A DNA stretch of 64,000 bases from Alphaproteobacteria bacterium. GTDB lineage: Bacteria; Pseudomonadota; Alphaproteobacteria; SP197. A program made the position numbers and the translations under genes. The notes beneath the pieces were generated by a model. That model had not been told where the DNA came from. It did not search any database and saw only the letters and a list, made by a program, of their open reading frames with translations. Where the stretch lies: the NCBI GenBank assembly GCA_965228895.1, contig OZ245842.1, forward strand, positions 448,001-512,000. Direction: 5' to 3'. Shown in pieces: positions 48,203 to 56,701 of this stretch (the stretch's first letter is position 1; every line of letters begins with the position of its first letter).

Positions 48203-48751
48203 TCACATGCCGCCGCAGCCCATGCCGATGAGCTGATTGGCTCGCTGTTTCTGTTCGTCGGTCAATGCCGCATAGAGTTGTTCCGTCGCTGGACGTATGG
48301 CCTTCATCGAATCAACCATTGCCTCCATGCCGCTGATCCGTGCATCCATCCTGGCGATAACGTCGCCTGACTGCATGGCCTTCATCATGTCCTGGCGCAT
48401 GCCTTGCATGGTCGCGACGCGATCCTCGACGGCTGTCGCATAACTGTCCCATGCACCCATCTGGGCATCGGTGATGCTCAATTCAGTCTTGAGAAAGGCC
48501 AAGCGACCAGCAGCAACGGCATCCATGTGCACATGATCGTTCATCATGCCTTGGCCACCCATGCCCTGGTCCTGACCCATCATTCCCTTGTTCATCATTC
48601 CCTGACCGCCCATCATGCCCATCATCGGACAGTTGCCACCCATCATTCCCATGGTGCTTGGGACATCGCCCGACATGTGGGCGAGAGAAGGTGAAGGTGC
48701 GGCCATCCAGACGACCAACACCGCTGTTGCCGAGATCAATAATTTCTTCAT
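48203..48751 (-). CDS. Spy/CpxP (LTxxQ) periplasmic protein with Met/Gly-rich N-terminus
   Basis: Signal peptide, GMMG repeats, LSITDAQ, LTDEQ, C-terminal MGCGGM. Confidence 0.82.
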   Translation of the reverse strand: MKKLLISATAVLVVWMAAPSPSLAHMSGDVPSTMGMMGGNCPMMGMMGGQGMMNKGMMGQDQGMGGQGMMNDHVHMDAVAAGRLAFLKTELSITDAQMGAWDSYATAVEDRVATMQGMRQDMMKAMQSGDVIARMDARISGMEAMVDSMKAIRPATEQLYAALTDEQKQRANQLIGMGCGGM

Positions 48752-49017
48752 GACGCGTTCCATTCTCCAAAGGACTTCTGACAACTCGGATGGATAAACC
48801 CAAGCCGTCGTGAACGTCTTGATCTGCGTCAAAAAGCCGCACCGCTGCGCACAATTTCACGTGATCAGAACCGCGCAGCTGGCCCATGTCCCAAGATCCG
48901 AATGCGCTGTGCCGGCGTTACGCCATGGTCATGTGAAGGACGACAGTAGAGCTTAACCTTCCGGGAACTGGAACCGTATTGCCGAGCGGCGTCAGCACAA
49001 AAAGCGCACGTTGATGA

Positions 49018-50388
49018 TTATGGTCGGCGCGCGCTCTTTGAACTCTCGGACTTGACCTGCAAGAACAGCCTTTCGCCAAGAAACACCAGCACGAGCCCCA
49101 CCACCGATGCGTAGATTACGGTCATGTCCGTCGAGGCCTTGATGGCCAGGAGGGCCCCAAGCACGACGACGTCGAGGACAATTGCGACAATCAGGATGAA
49201 TGCGGATGCGTTGATTTCTTTTCTGAGATGACGCAGGACGCCCCATTGAACAACGATGTCCATGACGATGTAGAATATGGCGCCCAGCGACGCGATCCGG
49301 CCGAGGTCGAAGAAGACGGTGAGAATCATCGCTGCGATAACAGTATAGACGAGCGTGTGTCTCTGGATGCTGCCCGGCATGCCAAAATGGCTGTGCGGGG
49401 CGAGCCCCATTTCAGTGATCATAGCCAGCATACGTGAGACAGCGAAGACACTGGCAATTACACCAGACGTCGTTGCAATTATCGCGAACAGCACGGTGAA
49501 CCACAGGCCATAATCGCCAAACGCCGGTCGGGCAGCCTCTGCAAGCGCGTAGTCCTTCGCACTGACTATCTGGCCAAGCGTAAGATTGCTTCCGACGGCA
49601 AAGGCGACAAGCACGTAGACAACGACGCAGATCGCGATCGCGATGATGATGGCGCGACCGACATTCTTATGAGGCTGAACAATCTCACCGCCACTGTTTG
49701 TGATGGTCGTGAAACCCTTATAGGCGAGAATGGCGAGGGCTATGGCGCCGACAAAGCCCCACGGAGATGTTTCCGTCGGACCAGCCGAGACGCTGTCAAA
49801 ACTCAACCCCGTTACCCAAAGTCCGGCGATGGCGAACAATGCAATCCCGCCGATTTTGATGAAGGCCATAAAGAACGACAACGTCTGGATGAAACGATTG
49901 CTAAGGATGTTCACGAGGAAGGCGAATGAAAGAAGTCCGACACCCAGCGCCGGGACAAGCCACGTGTCCTTGCCGACGTCAAACAGCTGTAAGGTGTAGG
50001 TGCCGAACGTCCGAGCAACAAGGCTCTCGTTGATAACCATGGAAAAGTACATGAGTAGTGCGCAAGCGCCGGTCATCATGGACTTGCCGTATGCCTTCTC
50101 CAGGAACATCGCAATTCCGCCGGCGGACGGGAACGCATTCGACATTTTCACATAGGCATAGGCGCTGAACGCCGTCACCACCGCCGCTGCAAGAAAGGCA
50201 AGCGGGAAGAGTTCGCCGGCAAGCTCCGCGACCTGGCCCGTTAATGCAAAGATTCCAGCGCCGATCATGACGCCGGTCCCCATGGATATGGCACCGATCA
50301 GGGTGAGGCTATTGGCCGCATAGTGCGCGGACCGACCATGCTTTGAATGATTTGCAGTGTCGTGCTTATCGCCCACATCGAATCTCAA
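49018..50388 (-). CDS. APC family permease
   Basis: GVMIGAGIF, PSAGG, AYKGF; about 12 TM. Confidence 0.88.
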   Translation of the reverse strand: MRFDVGDKHDTANHSKHGRSAHYAANSLTLIGAISMGTGVMIGAGIFALTGQVAELAGELFPLAFLAAAVVTAFSAYAYVKMSNAFPSAGGIAMFLEKAYGKSMMTGACALLMYFSMVINESLVARTFGTYTLQLFDVGKDTWLVPALGVGLLSFAFLVNILSNRFIQTLSFFMAFIKIGGIALFAIAGLWVTGLSFDSVSAGPTETSPWGFVGAIALAILAYKGFTTITNSGGEIVQPHKNVGRAIIIAIAICVVVYVLVAFAVGSNLTLGQIVSAKDYALAEAARPAFGDYGLWFTVLFAIIATTSGVIASVFAVSRMLAMITEMGLAPHSHFGMPGSIQRHTLVYTVIAAMILTVFFDLGRIASLGAIFYIVMDIVVQWGVLRHLRKEINASAFILIVAIVLDVVVLGALLAIKASTDMTVIYASVVGLVLVFLGERLFLQVKSESSKSARRP

Positions 50389-50464
50389 TTGGCGTGTCGC
50401 ACAAAACTACACCTCACATCATTGACCGCCAATCAAAGGATAGCCGTCGGGCGAAAAGAAAAAC

Positions 50465-50492
50465 TGTAACGATCGGAGGCCTGACACGTCTT
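50465..50492 (+). promoter_or_regulatory. Putative ECF promoter (GNAT operon)
   Basis: TGTAAC-N16-CGTCTT; flanks AAACTGTAACG...CGTCTTA shared with 35842 site. Confidence 0.7.
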
Positions 50493-50522
50493 ACTCGGCA
50501 CTAGTGGAGTAGAGAGGTCACG

Positions 50523-51170
50523 GTGCTTGTCAAGACGAGACGTGCGACCGAAGACGATCTATCGTTCATCGGGTGGGCGATGTACGCGGCAGCACGCTCG
50601 CAACTCCATGAGTGTCCTTGGAACACGATCCTCGGAGAACGAAAAACGCAAACCCGGCGTTTCCTCGAGTACGTTTCGCAGTCGCGCGCCGTACACTGGT
50701 GCCACGTTTCCACGTTCTGGATCGCGGAAGTGGACGGAAAACCCGCTGCGGCGATGAGCAGCTATGCACCTGCAACAGAGGGTGCTGAAGCTCTCGCTCA
50801 GTCGATACTCGATGTCGCTGAGTCGGAGTTCGACTTTCCGAGGTCGCGGCTTCGCCAGGTGAGCGAACGTCTCCAGACCGCAACATTGGGGCTTCCCAAT
50901 GATCTACCGGAAGTTTGGGGAGTCGAAAATGTCGCAGTTGTTCCTGCGCATCGTGGCAAGGGCCTGGTCGAACGACTGTTTGACAGGGTGTTCGAGGAGG
51001 GCCGTGAGAAGGGTTTCGACCGCGCACAGATCTTGTGCCTCATTGGCAATCTGCGCGCTCAGCGAGCCTGGGAACGTAACGGCTTTGAGGTGTTCTTGCA
51101 GCAGACAAGTCCGGCGTTTGACAGGTTGTTTGGAACACCGGGCGCCAAGCTTCTTGCCAGGGATCTGTGA
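50523..51170 (+). CDS. GNAT acetyltransferase
   Basis: VAVVPAHRGKG, GNLRA..WERNGF. Confidence 0.85.
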   Translation: MLVKTRRATEDDLSFIGWAMYAAARSQLHECPWNTILGERKTQTRRFLEYVSQSRAVHWCHVSTFWIAEVDGKPAAAMSSYAPATEGAEALAQSILDVAESEFDFPRSRLRQVSERLQTATLGLPNDLPEVWGVENVAVVPAHRGKGLVERLFDRVFEEGREKGFDRAQILCLIGNLRAQRAWERNGFEVFLQQTSPAFDRLFGTPGAKLLARDL

Positions 51171-52330
51171 CGTTGTCGGTTCTCACTCTCTTTGATCAGA
51201 ACATGAGCGTTCGACGGGGATCGCAATCGTTGAGAACAACGGCAGCTGAATGCGCAAGTCGAGACGACAAGATCTTGATCATAGGCGGGTATGGCAAGGT
51301 GGGACGCCTCATCGCCGATCGACTGGCACCAGGATTTCCCGGCCGGGTTGTCCTTGCCGGACGAAACCGAGCCAAGGCTCAATCGGCCGCAGCGGCGATT
51401 GGACATGGCGTCGAAGGGCGTCACATTGACGTCCTAGACACGAAAGGCAACCACGCACTTGACGAAGTCCGTCTGGTGTTGTCCTGTCTGGATCAGGCCG
51501 ACACGAAACTCGTCGAGCAGTGCCTCGCTCGAGGCATCGACTATGTGGACATCAGCGCTAACTACGAATTTCTTTTGAATGTCGCCAAGTTTGACAGCTT
51601 GGCGAAGCAAGAGAACGCCCGTGTTCTGCTGAGTGTTGGTGTTGCGCCCGGGCTGACCAACATGTTGGCAGCGCGTCTCCGGTCGCGAATGGAGAGCGTC
51701 GACCGTATCGACATTCTGCTCGAAATCGGACTGGGTGACGACCATGGCAAGGCTGCAGTCGAGTGGATGTTCGACAGTTTCGATTCTGAGTTTCAAGTAC
51801 TGGAGGCCGGTCAGCTAAGGTCTGTTCGAAGTTTTGACGAAAGCATGTCGATTCGCCTGCCGGGACAAGCCGCGAAACGCAGCGCATATCGCTTTGGTTT
51901 TCCAGATCAGCTTGTGATTGCGCGGTCACTGGATGTGCCCACAGTCTCAACGTGGGTCCGCTTTGACAACCGCATGGTGACATGGCTGTTTGCGAAGGCC
52001 TCTCGGGCCGGTCTCGGTTGTCTGCTTCGACTTGGGCTGTTGCGAAAGCTGGCCGTTTGGCTGTTCATGAAGATCCATTGGGGTTCAGACATCTGTGGCA
52101 TTGGTGTCCGGGCGATGGGTCGGTCGAGCGGCGGTTCGCAAACTCTGATCCTCGGCGTTATCGGTCGAAGAGAGGCCGTCATGACAGCAATTGTCGCGGC
52201 CGAGTCCGTCCGACAGCTCTTGTCGGGGAGACTGGAGCCCGGCGTCTATCACAGCGACCAGGCGATAGCCCTCAATCCGGTTGTTTCGGCACTTAAGAAC
52301 GAGATCCCGGACCTCGTCGTAGTCTTGTAA
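51167..52330 (+). CDS. Saccharopine dehydrogenase-like NAD(P)-dependent oxidoreductase
   Basis: IIGGYGKVG, AGRN, YVDIS, GVAPGLTN; start uncertain. Confidence 0.82.
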   Translation: MTLSVLTLFDQNMSVRRGSQSLRTTAAECASRDDKILIIGGYGKVGRLIADRLAPGFPGRVVLAGRNRAKAQSAAAAIGHGVEGRHIDVLDTKGNHALDEVRLVLSCLDQADTKLVEQCLARGIDYVDISANYEFLLNVAKFDSLAKQENARVLLSVGVAPGLTNMLAARLRSRMESVDRIDILLEIGLGDDHGKAAVEWMFDSFDSEFQVLEAGQLRSVRSFDESMSIRLPGQAAKRSAYRFGFPDQLVIARSLDVPTVSTWVRFDNRMVTWLFAKASRAGLGCLLRLGLLRKLAVWLFMKIHWGSDICGIGVRAMGRSSGGSQTLILGVIGRREAVMTAIVAAESVRQLLSGRLEPGVYHSDQAIALNPVVSALKNEIPDLVVVL

Positions 52331-52383
52331 TGCCTCACATCGGATCGGCGAGGTCGGCGGCATGGTGAGGAGAACGATTGCTT

Positions 52384-52944
52384 ATGTCCTATACCGCTCA
52401 TAGCGCATCGCATGCTTTCAAAACTCAGGGCGTGAAGCGCCGAGATTTTCTATTTTTAGCAAGTGGCGCTGTTTTTGTGACGGGTGCTGCGGTCGCCATG
52501 TGGCCCGTAATTGACAGCATGAATCCGTCCGAGGATGTTCTTGCCCTGTCCTCGACCGAGCTTGACCTAACCTCCATCCAGCTGGGTCAGCGCGTCACCG
52601 TGAAATGGCGGGGGAGTCCGGTCTTCATCGTCCGGCGCACAACCGAGGAGATCACGCGCGCCAGGGCGGATGACGACGATCCCGATCTCATTGACCCGTC
52701 AACCGACGCCGAGCGTGTTCAGCGGCCCGAGTGGTTGGTTGTCATCGGTATCTGCACGCATCTAGGCTGCATACCGCTCGGCCAAAAAAACGGAGATCCT
52801 CTCGGTCGGTATGGAGGATGGTTCTGCCCCTGCCACGGCTCGGTCTACGACTTGTCAGGACGGGTACGGCGCGGCCCGGCGCCGCGCAATCTCGATCTTC
52901 CGCCATACATCTTCCTCGACGACATGCGTCTTCGGATCGGATAA
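52384..52944 (+). CDS. petA: Ubiquinol-cytochrome c reductase Rieske subunit (orphan)
   Basis: Tat RRDFL, SMNPS, KWRG, CTHLGC, CPCHGS, GPAPRNL. Confidence 0.92.
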   Translation: MSYTAHSASHAFKTQGVKRRDFLFLASGAVFVTGAAVAMWPVIDSMNPSEDVLALSSTELDLTSIQLGQRVTVKWRGSPVFIVRRTTEEITRARADDDDPDLIDPSTDAERVQRPEWLVVIGICTHLGCIPLGQKNGDPLGRYGGWFCPCHGSVYDLSGRVRRGPAPRNLDLPPYIFLDDMRLRIG

Positions 52945-52959
52945 CCAGCGGCGGCGATC

Positions 52960-53592
52960 ACCAAGTTGATCCGTTGCGAGCCGGCGTCAGGCCTGCTGAT
53001 GATCGCGGCCATCCTGCTTGCGTTGGCCGCCGCCACCTCTGCTTTTGCGCCAATCTAAGCGGCCGTCCACCACCTACCGGTTCATGTTCGTTCTGGGCCC
53101 CGGGTCATCGACGAACCACTCGTGCAATGGATCAATGAAGGGCTGATGGCGGTCTTTGTCCTGCTTGCCAGTTTCGATGACATGGGCGCTGTCGCCATTA
53201 TCGGCCTGTTCTACGGCGAAGCCCTCGCTCCTACGCCACTCCTGCTTGTCGGCCTTGCCCTTTTGAACCGGTTCGGCATCGTCCGGCCGACAGCCTATGT
53301 GACCGTTGATCTGGTACCGTGGGTCGCGATGCTGAAGTCCGGGCTTGAGGCCGCGCTCGCGGGATTCATCGTGGCGCTGGCGGAGCCTCTGCACATGTCA
53401 GGCAGACCCTGTTCATCATCGCTGCGTAAGGTGGAAAGTCGACCTCATCCCTGGTGTGCGCTCTTCATCATCCCGCTATTCGCCTTCTGTGGTTCCGGCG
53501 TCGTCATGGACGCGGCTGCGGTTGCCGGCGCACTTGTGATTCACCTGACAACGCGGCAATCTCGGTGTACAGCGAAGAGGCAGATCTCCTGA
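52960..53592 (+). pseudogene. nhaA: Na+/H+ antiporter NhaA remnant
   Basis: WINEGLMAVF, DDMGAVAIIGLFY, LKSG, HPW..IPLFAF..SGV; in-frame TAA at 53056, internal deletion, no C-terminus; start boundary approximate. Confidence 0.85.
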
Positions 53593-53710
53593 AGAGGTCT
53601 GTGTATATCGAGGTGGTTGTACCAGTCGCCAGCGGACGAATGTTACAGGCTTGGTTCAGGGCCCCTTTCGCAAGATAACCCGGAGCGGCGATTGCAGCCC
53701 GTTCGAGAAG

Positions 53711-53900
53711 TTTCCCTGATGTACGGACGGATCTCCCTGTTCCATTGCGTAGGGAACTTGCCTCTGGCTTGCTGATAAGGCTGCAAGAGATCGGCCGAAA
53801 AACTCAGAAACTGGCCAAAATCACAGATTTTCCCCGTATTCTCCCTGCTAACAGAGAAATCGCCACAGAGACGGTTCGCAGCGGGCTGCCCGCACCGCCA
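53711..53900 (+). repeat. Boundary element copy 3
   Basis: TTTCCCTGAT, TCCCTGTT...GCGTAGGGAA, TCCCTGCTAACAGAGAA; core 53868-53900 with three substitutions and one deletion vs copies 1 and 2. Confidence 0.85.
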
Positions 53901-53916
53901 GTCTCCTTGTCCGGCC

Positions 53917-53944
53917 ATTTACCATAAAGCAGATTGTGGCGCTG
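53917..53944 (-). other. dif-like site 4
   Basis: Minus strand CAGCGCCACAA-TCTGCT-TTATGGTAAAT; right arm 10/11 to E. coli XerD arm TTATGTTAAAT. Confidence 0.7.
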
Positions 53945-54087
53945 ACTTGTACGTCGAGTGTTGCAGGCCGTGTCTTTCTTGCGAAGTGAGGGTCGAGAGC
54001 TGAGACGGCTGGCTGATCGGCACGGGCCACTCTCTACACCAAGGCTGAGTGGCCCGCGCCGTCGATACGCATTTGTGACGAGGTCAG

Positions 54088-54798
54088 CTACGCAACGGCC
54101 GGCCGGTTGATCTCAGCAAGGACTTCCATCAAGACATCCGCCGTCCGCTTGGCCGACATCGGGTTTTGGCCGGTGACGAGCAAGCCGTCGCGATGCACGG
54201 TATCCGACCAGTTGCTGCCGGGGTTGACCTTGGCGCCAAGTTCCTCGAGCCGGGTCTGCAGAAGGAACGGGACGATGCCGGTGAGGCCGAGTTGTGCCTC
54301 TTCGGCATTTGAAAAGCACGTTACCGTGCGGCCGGCGATGAAGGGTTTGCCTGATGGGTCGGTGACGTTCACCAAGGCACTGGCACCGTGACAGACCGTC
54401 GCAACCGGTTTGCCGGCGGCAAGGAAGGCCTCGAGGAAGGCCTTTAGTTCGAAGGAGCGCGGGAAATCCCACATCGTACCGGTCCCACCGGATATGTAGA
54501 CCGCGTCATAATCGTCGACGCTTGCCTCACCGATCTTGGATGTCGCAACGACTTTGGCCATGGCTTCCTTGTCTTCAAGAAACCGACGGGTCTCGTCAGT
54601 CTGCCATTGGTCTTTCTTGCTTTCAGGGTCGATCGGCGCATCACCGCCGGCGGTCGACGCAACGGTCGTTTCGGCGCCCAGATCGTTCAACGAGCAATAG
54701 GGAATCGCAAGCTCCGACAACCAGAAGCCGGACGGCAGGCCGGTATCGCCCAGTTTGTCGGTCGAGGTCACGATGAAGAGGACTCTTGGGTTCGTCAT
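54088..54798 (-). CDS. DJ-1/PfpI (type 1 GATase-like, Hsp31-like) protein
   Basis: GFWLSEL, GGTG, VCHG, VTGQNP. Confidence 0.9.
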   Translation of the reverse strand: MTNPRVLFIVTSTDKLGDTGLPSGFWLSELAIPYCSLNDLGAETTVASTAGGDAPIDPESKKDQWQTDETRRFLEDKEAMAKVVATSKIGEASVDDYDAVYISGGTGTMWDFPRSFELKAFLEAFLAAGKPVATVCHGASALVNVTDPSGKPFIAGRTVTCFSNAEEAQLGLTGIVPFLLQTRLEELGAKVNPGSNWSDTVHRDGLLVTGQNPMSAKRTADVLMEVLAEINRPAVA

Positions 54799-54836
54799 GG
54801 TCGAAGTCTCCTTGAAGCGCTTATGTGGATTGAGAG

Positions 54837-55904
54837 CTAGTTCTTGAGCAGGACGGCTTTCTTGAGGTCAGCGACGATGCGCACTTGCGCACCGATCTCG
54901 ATCTCGCTGTCGGCAGGCGCGGAAACGATCAACTCGATATCGTCGTGACCCTCGGGCACGACACTGAGGCGCATATGCGTGCCGTGGAACACCAGATCGC
55001 TGACCAGGCCATTGGCGAATGCTGGTTCGGCGGCGCCGTTCATCAGCTTCAGATGCTCTGGGCGAAGCGAGACCTGCACGTCGCCGCCTTCGCGGGCGCT
55101 GTCGCCGGTCGGGCATGTCAACGTCCCGAGCGGCGTATCGACCGTCGTCTCTCCCGCCGTCACCGTCTTGACCGTGCCGGGCAGCAGATTGCTGGATCCC
55201 ATAAACGTCGCGGTGAACTCCGTAGCGGGCTGTAGGTATACCCGCTTGGGCGAGCCCTGATCCTCGACGGCGCCGTCCCGCATAACGACGACATTGTCGG
55301 CCAGACTCATGGCTTCTTCCTGGTCATGGGTGACATGGATGAAGATCGAGCCGATTTTGCGCTGTAACCGGTGCAGTTCGTCCTGCATGCGCCGGCGCAG
55401 ATGGAGGTCGAGCGCGCCGAGCGGCTCATCAAGCAACAGTATGACGGGCTCGATCACCAGGGCGCGGGCCAGGGCGATTCGCTGACGCTGGCCGCCTGAC
55501 ATCTCGTCGATCTTTCGATCGCCAAAATCGGTCAAGCCGATCAGGTCGAGCATCCGATCGACGGCATTGTTTATCTGCGCCTTTGACTTGCCATGCATAC
55601 GAAGACCGAACGCAACGTTCTTGCGCACCGTCATGTGCGGGAACAGTGCGTAGTCCTGAAATACGGTCGCGGTTGGCCGGTCGGCCGGCGCCATGTCTGT
55701 AATGTCCTGGCCATGCACGATGACGCGACCCGCACTGGGCTGGACGAAACCGCCGAGGATCGAAAGCAACGTCGTTTTCCCGCTGCCAGACGGTCCGAGC
55801 AGGACGACATACTCGCCATGCTCGATCGTAAGGCCGACCGACTTCAAAGCCTGGACGTCGCCGTAAGACTTGGAGAGGTCCTGGAGGATGACGGCACTAG
55901 ACAC
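54837..55904 (-). CDS. PotA-like ABC ATP-binding protein
   Basis: GPSGSGKT, MSGGQ, LLDEP, VTHDQEEA, TOBE tail. Confidence 0.92.
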   Translation of the reverse strand: MSSAVILQDLSKSYGDVQALKSVGLTIEHGEYVVLLGPSGSGKTTLLSILGGFVQPSAGRVIVHGQDITDMAPADRPTATVFQDYALFPHMTVRKNVAFGLRMHGKSKAQINNAVDRMLDLIGLTDFGDRKIDEMSGGQRQRIALARALVIEPVILLLDEPLGALDLHLRRRMQDELHRLQRKIGSIFIHVTHDQEEAMSLADNVVVMRDGAVEDQGSPKRVYLQPATEFTATFMGSSNLLPGTVKTVTAGETTVDTPLGTLTCPTGDSAREGGDVQVSLRPEHLKLMNGAAEPAFANGLVSDLVFHGTHMRLSVVPEGHDDIELIVSAPADSEIEIGAQVRIVADLKKAVLLKN

Positions 55905-56697
55905 GGTTTGATCCTCTTCTTGCCGCCAGGACCGAAATGGTCAGCAGGAACAACCCGAGTGAAAGGCCGAACACGATGGTGCCCGTCGCGTTGATGATCG
56001 GGTTAAGGCCGGAACGCACGGAAGTCCAAATCTCGACCGGAAGCGTCGCGTCGAACTGTGACAACAAGAACGCAATAATGAACTCGTCCCACGAGAGCGA
56101 GAAACAGAGCGCGAATGCAGCGATGAACGCGGGCAACAGTGAAGGCAGCACCACGAGCCCTAGGACCTGCCACTCTTTGGCCCCCAGGTCGCGCGCTGCG
56201 TTCTCGAGGTTGACCTGACTGGCGCCAATCTGACTGTAGAGAATGGCAAACGCGATCGGCAGGTTGATGACGATATGACCGATGATCACGGTCAGAAGCG
56301 AGCGCGGCATGTTGATCTGGCCGAAGAAAACAAGCAGTCCCATGGCGATCGTCAGATAGGAGAGCATGGCTGGTGCCAGCAGGAGCCAGGAGATTGTTTC
56401 CGCGAAACGCAGCTTGTAGCGAACCAGGCCGTAAGCCGCGAAAAATCCGAGGGTGCAGGAAGCCGTTGCCGATACCGCGCCGACGAAGACGGAATTGATC
56501 AGCGCGCTCATCTTGTTCTCATCGGCGAGCGCGGCGGCATACCATTTGAGTGTCAGGCCGTGCAGCGGCGGCATCGGCAGCGCGCCGTCCTGAAAAGAGA
56601 ACAGCACGAGGACCAGCACAGGGCTGAATATGAACAGGTAGAAGAGGCTGCCATAGATCGCGCCGCCCACCAGCAGTGACTTGTCCAGTGAGAGCAT
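55897..56697 (-). CDS. PotC-like ABC permease
   Basis: TLKWY, ENAARDLGA, LSWDEF. Confidence 0.9.
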   Translation of the reverse strand: MLSLDKSLLVGGAIYGSLFYLFIFSPVLVLVLFSFQDGALPMPPLHGLTLKWYAAALADENKMSALINSVFVGAVSATASCTLGFFAAYGLVRYKLRFAETISWLLLAPAMLSYLTIAMGLLVFFGQINMPRSLLTVIIGHIVINLPIAFAILYSQIGASQVNLENAARDLGAKEWQVLGLVVLPSLLPAFIAAFALCFSLSWDEFIIAFLLSQFDATLPVEIWTSVRSGLNPIINATGTIVFGLSLGLFLLTISVLAARRGSNRV

Positions 56698-56701
56698 GTC
56701 G

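Noticed and set aside
3241-53944. CRISPR array from the repeated 34-bp core
   Set aside because: Copies are 12-38 kb apart, with no spacer periodicity and no cas genes
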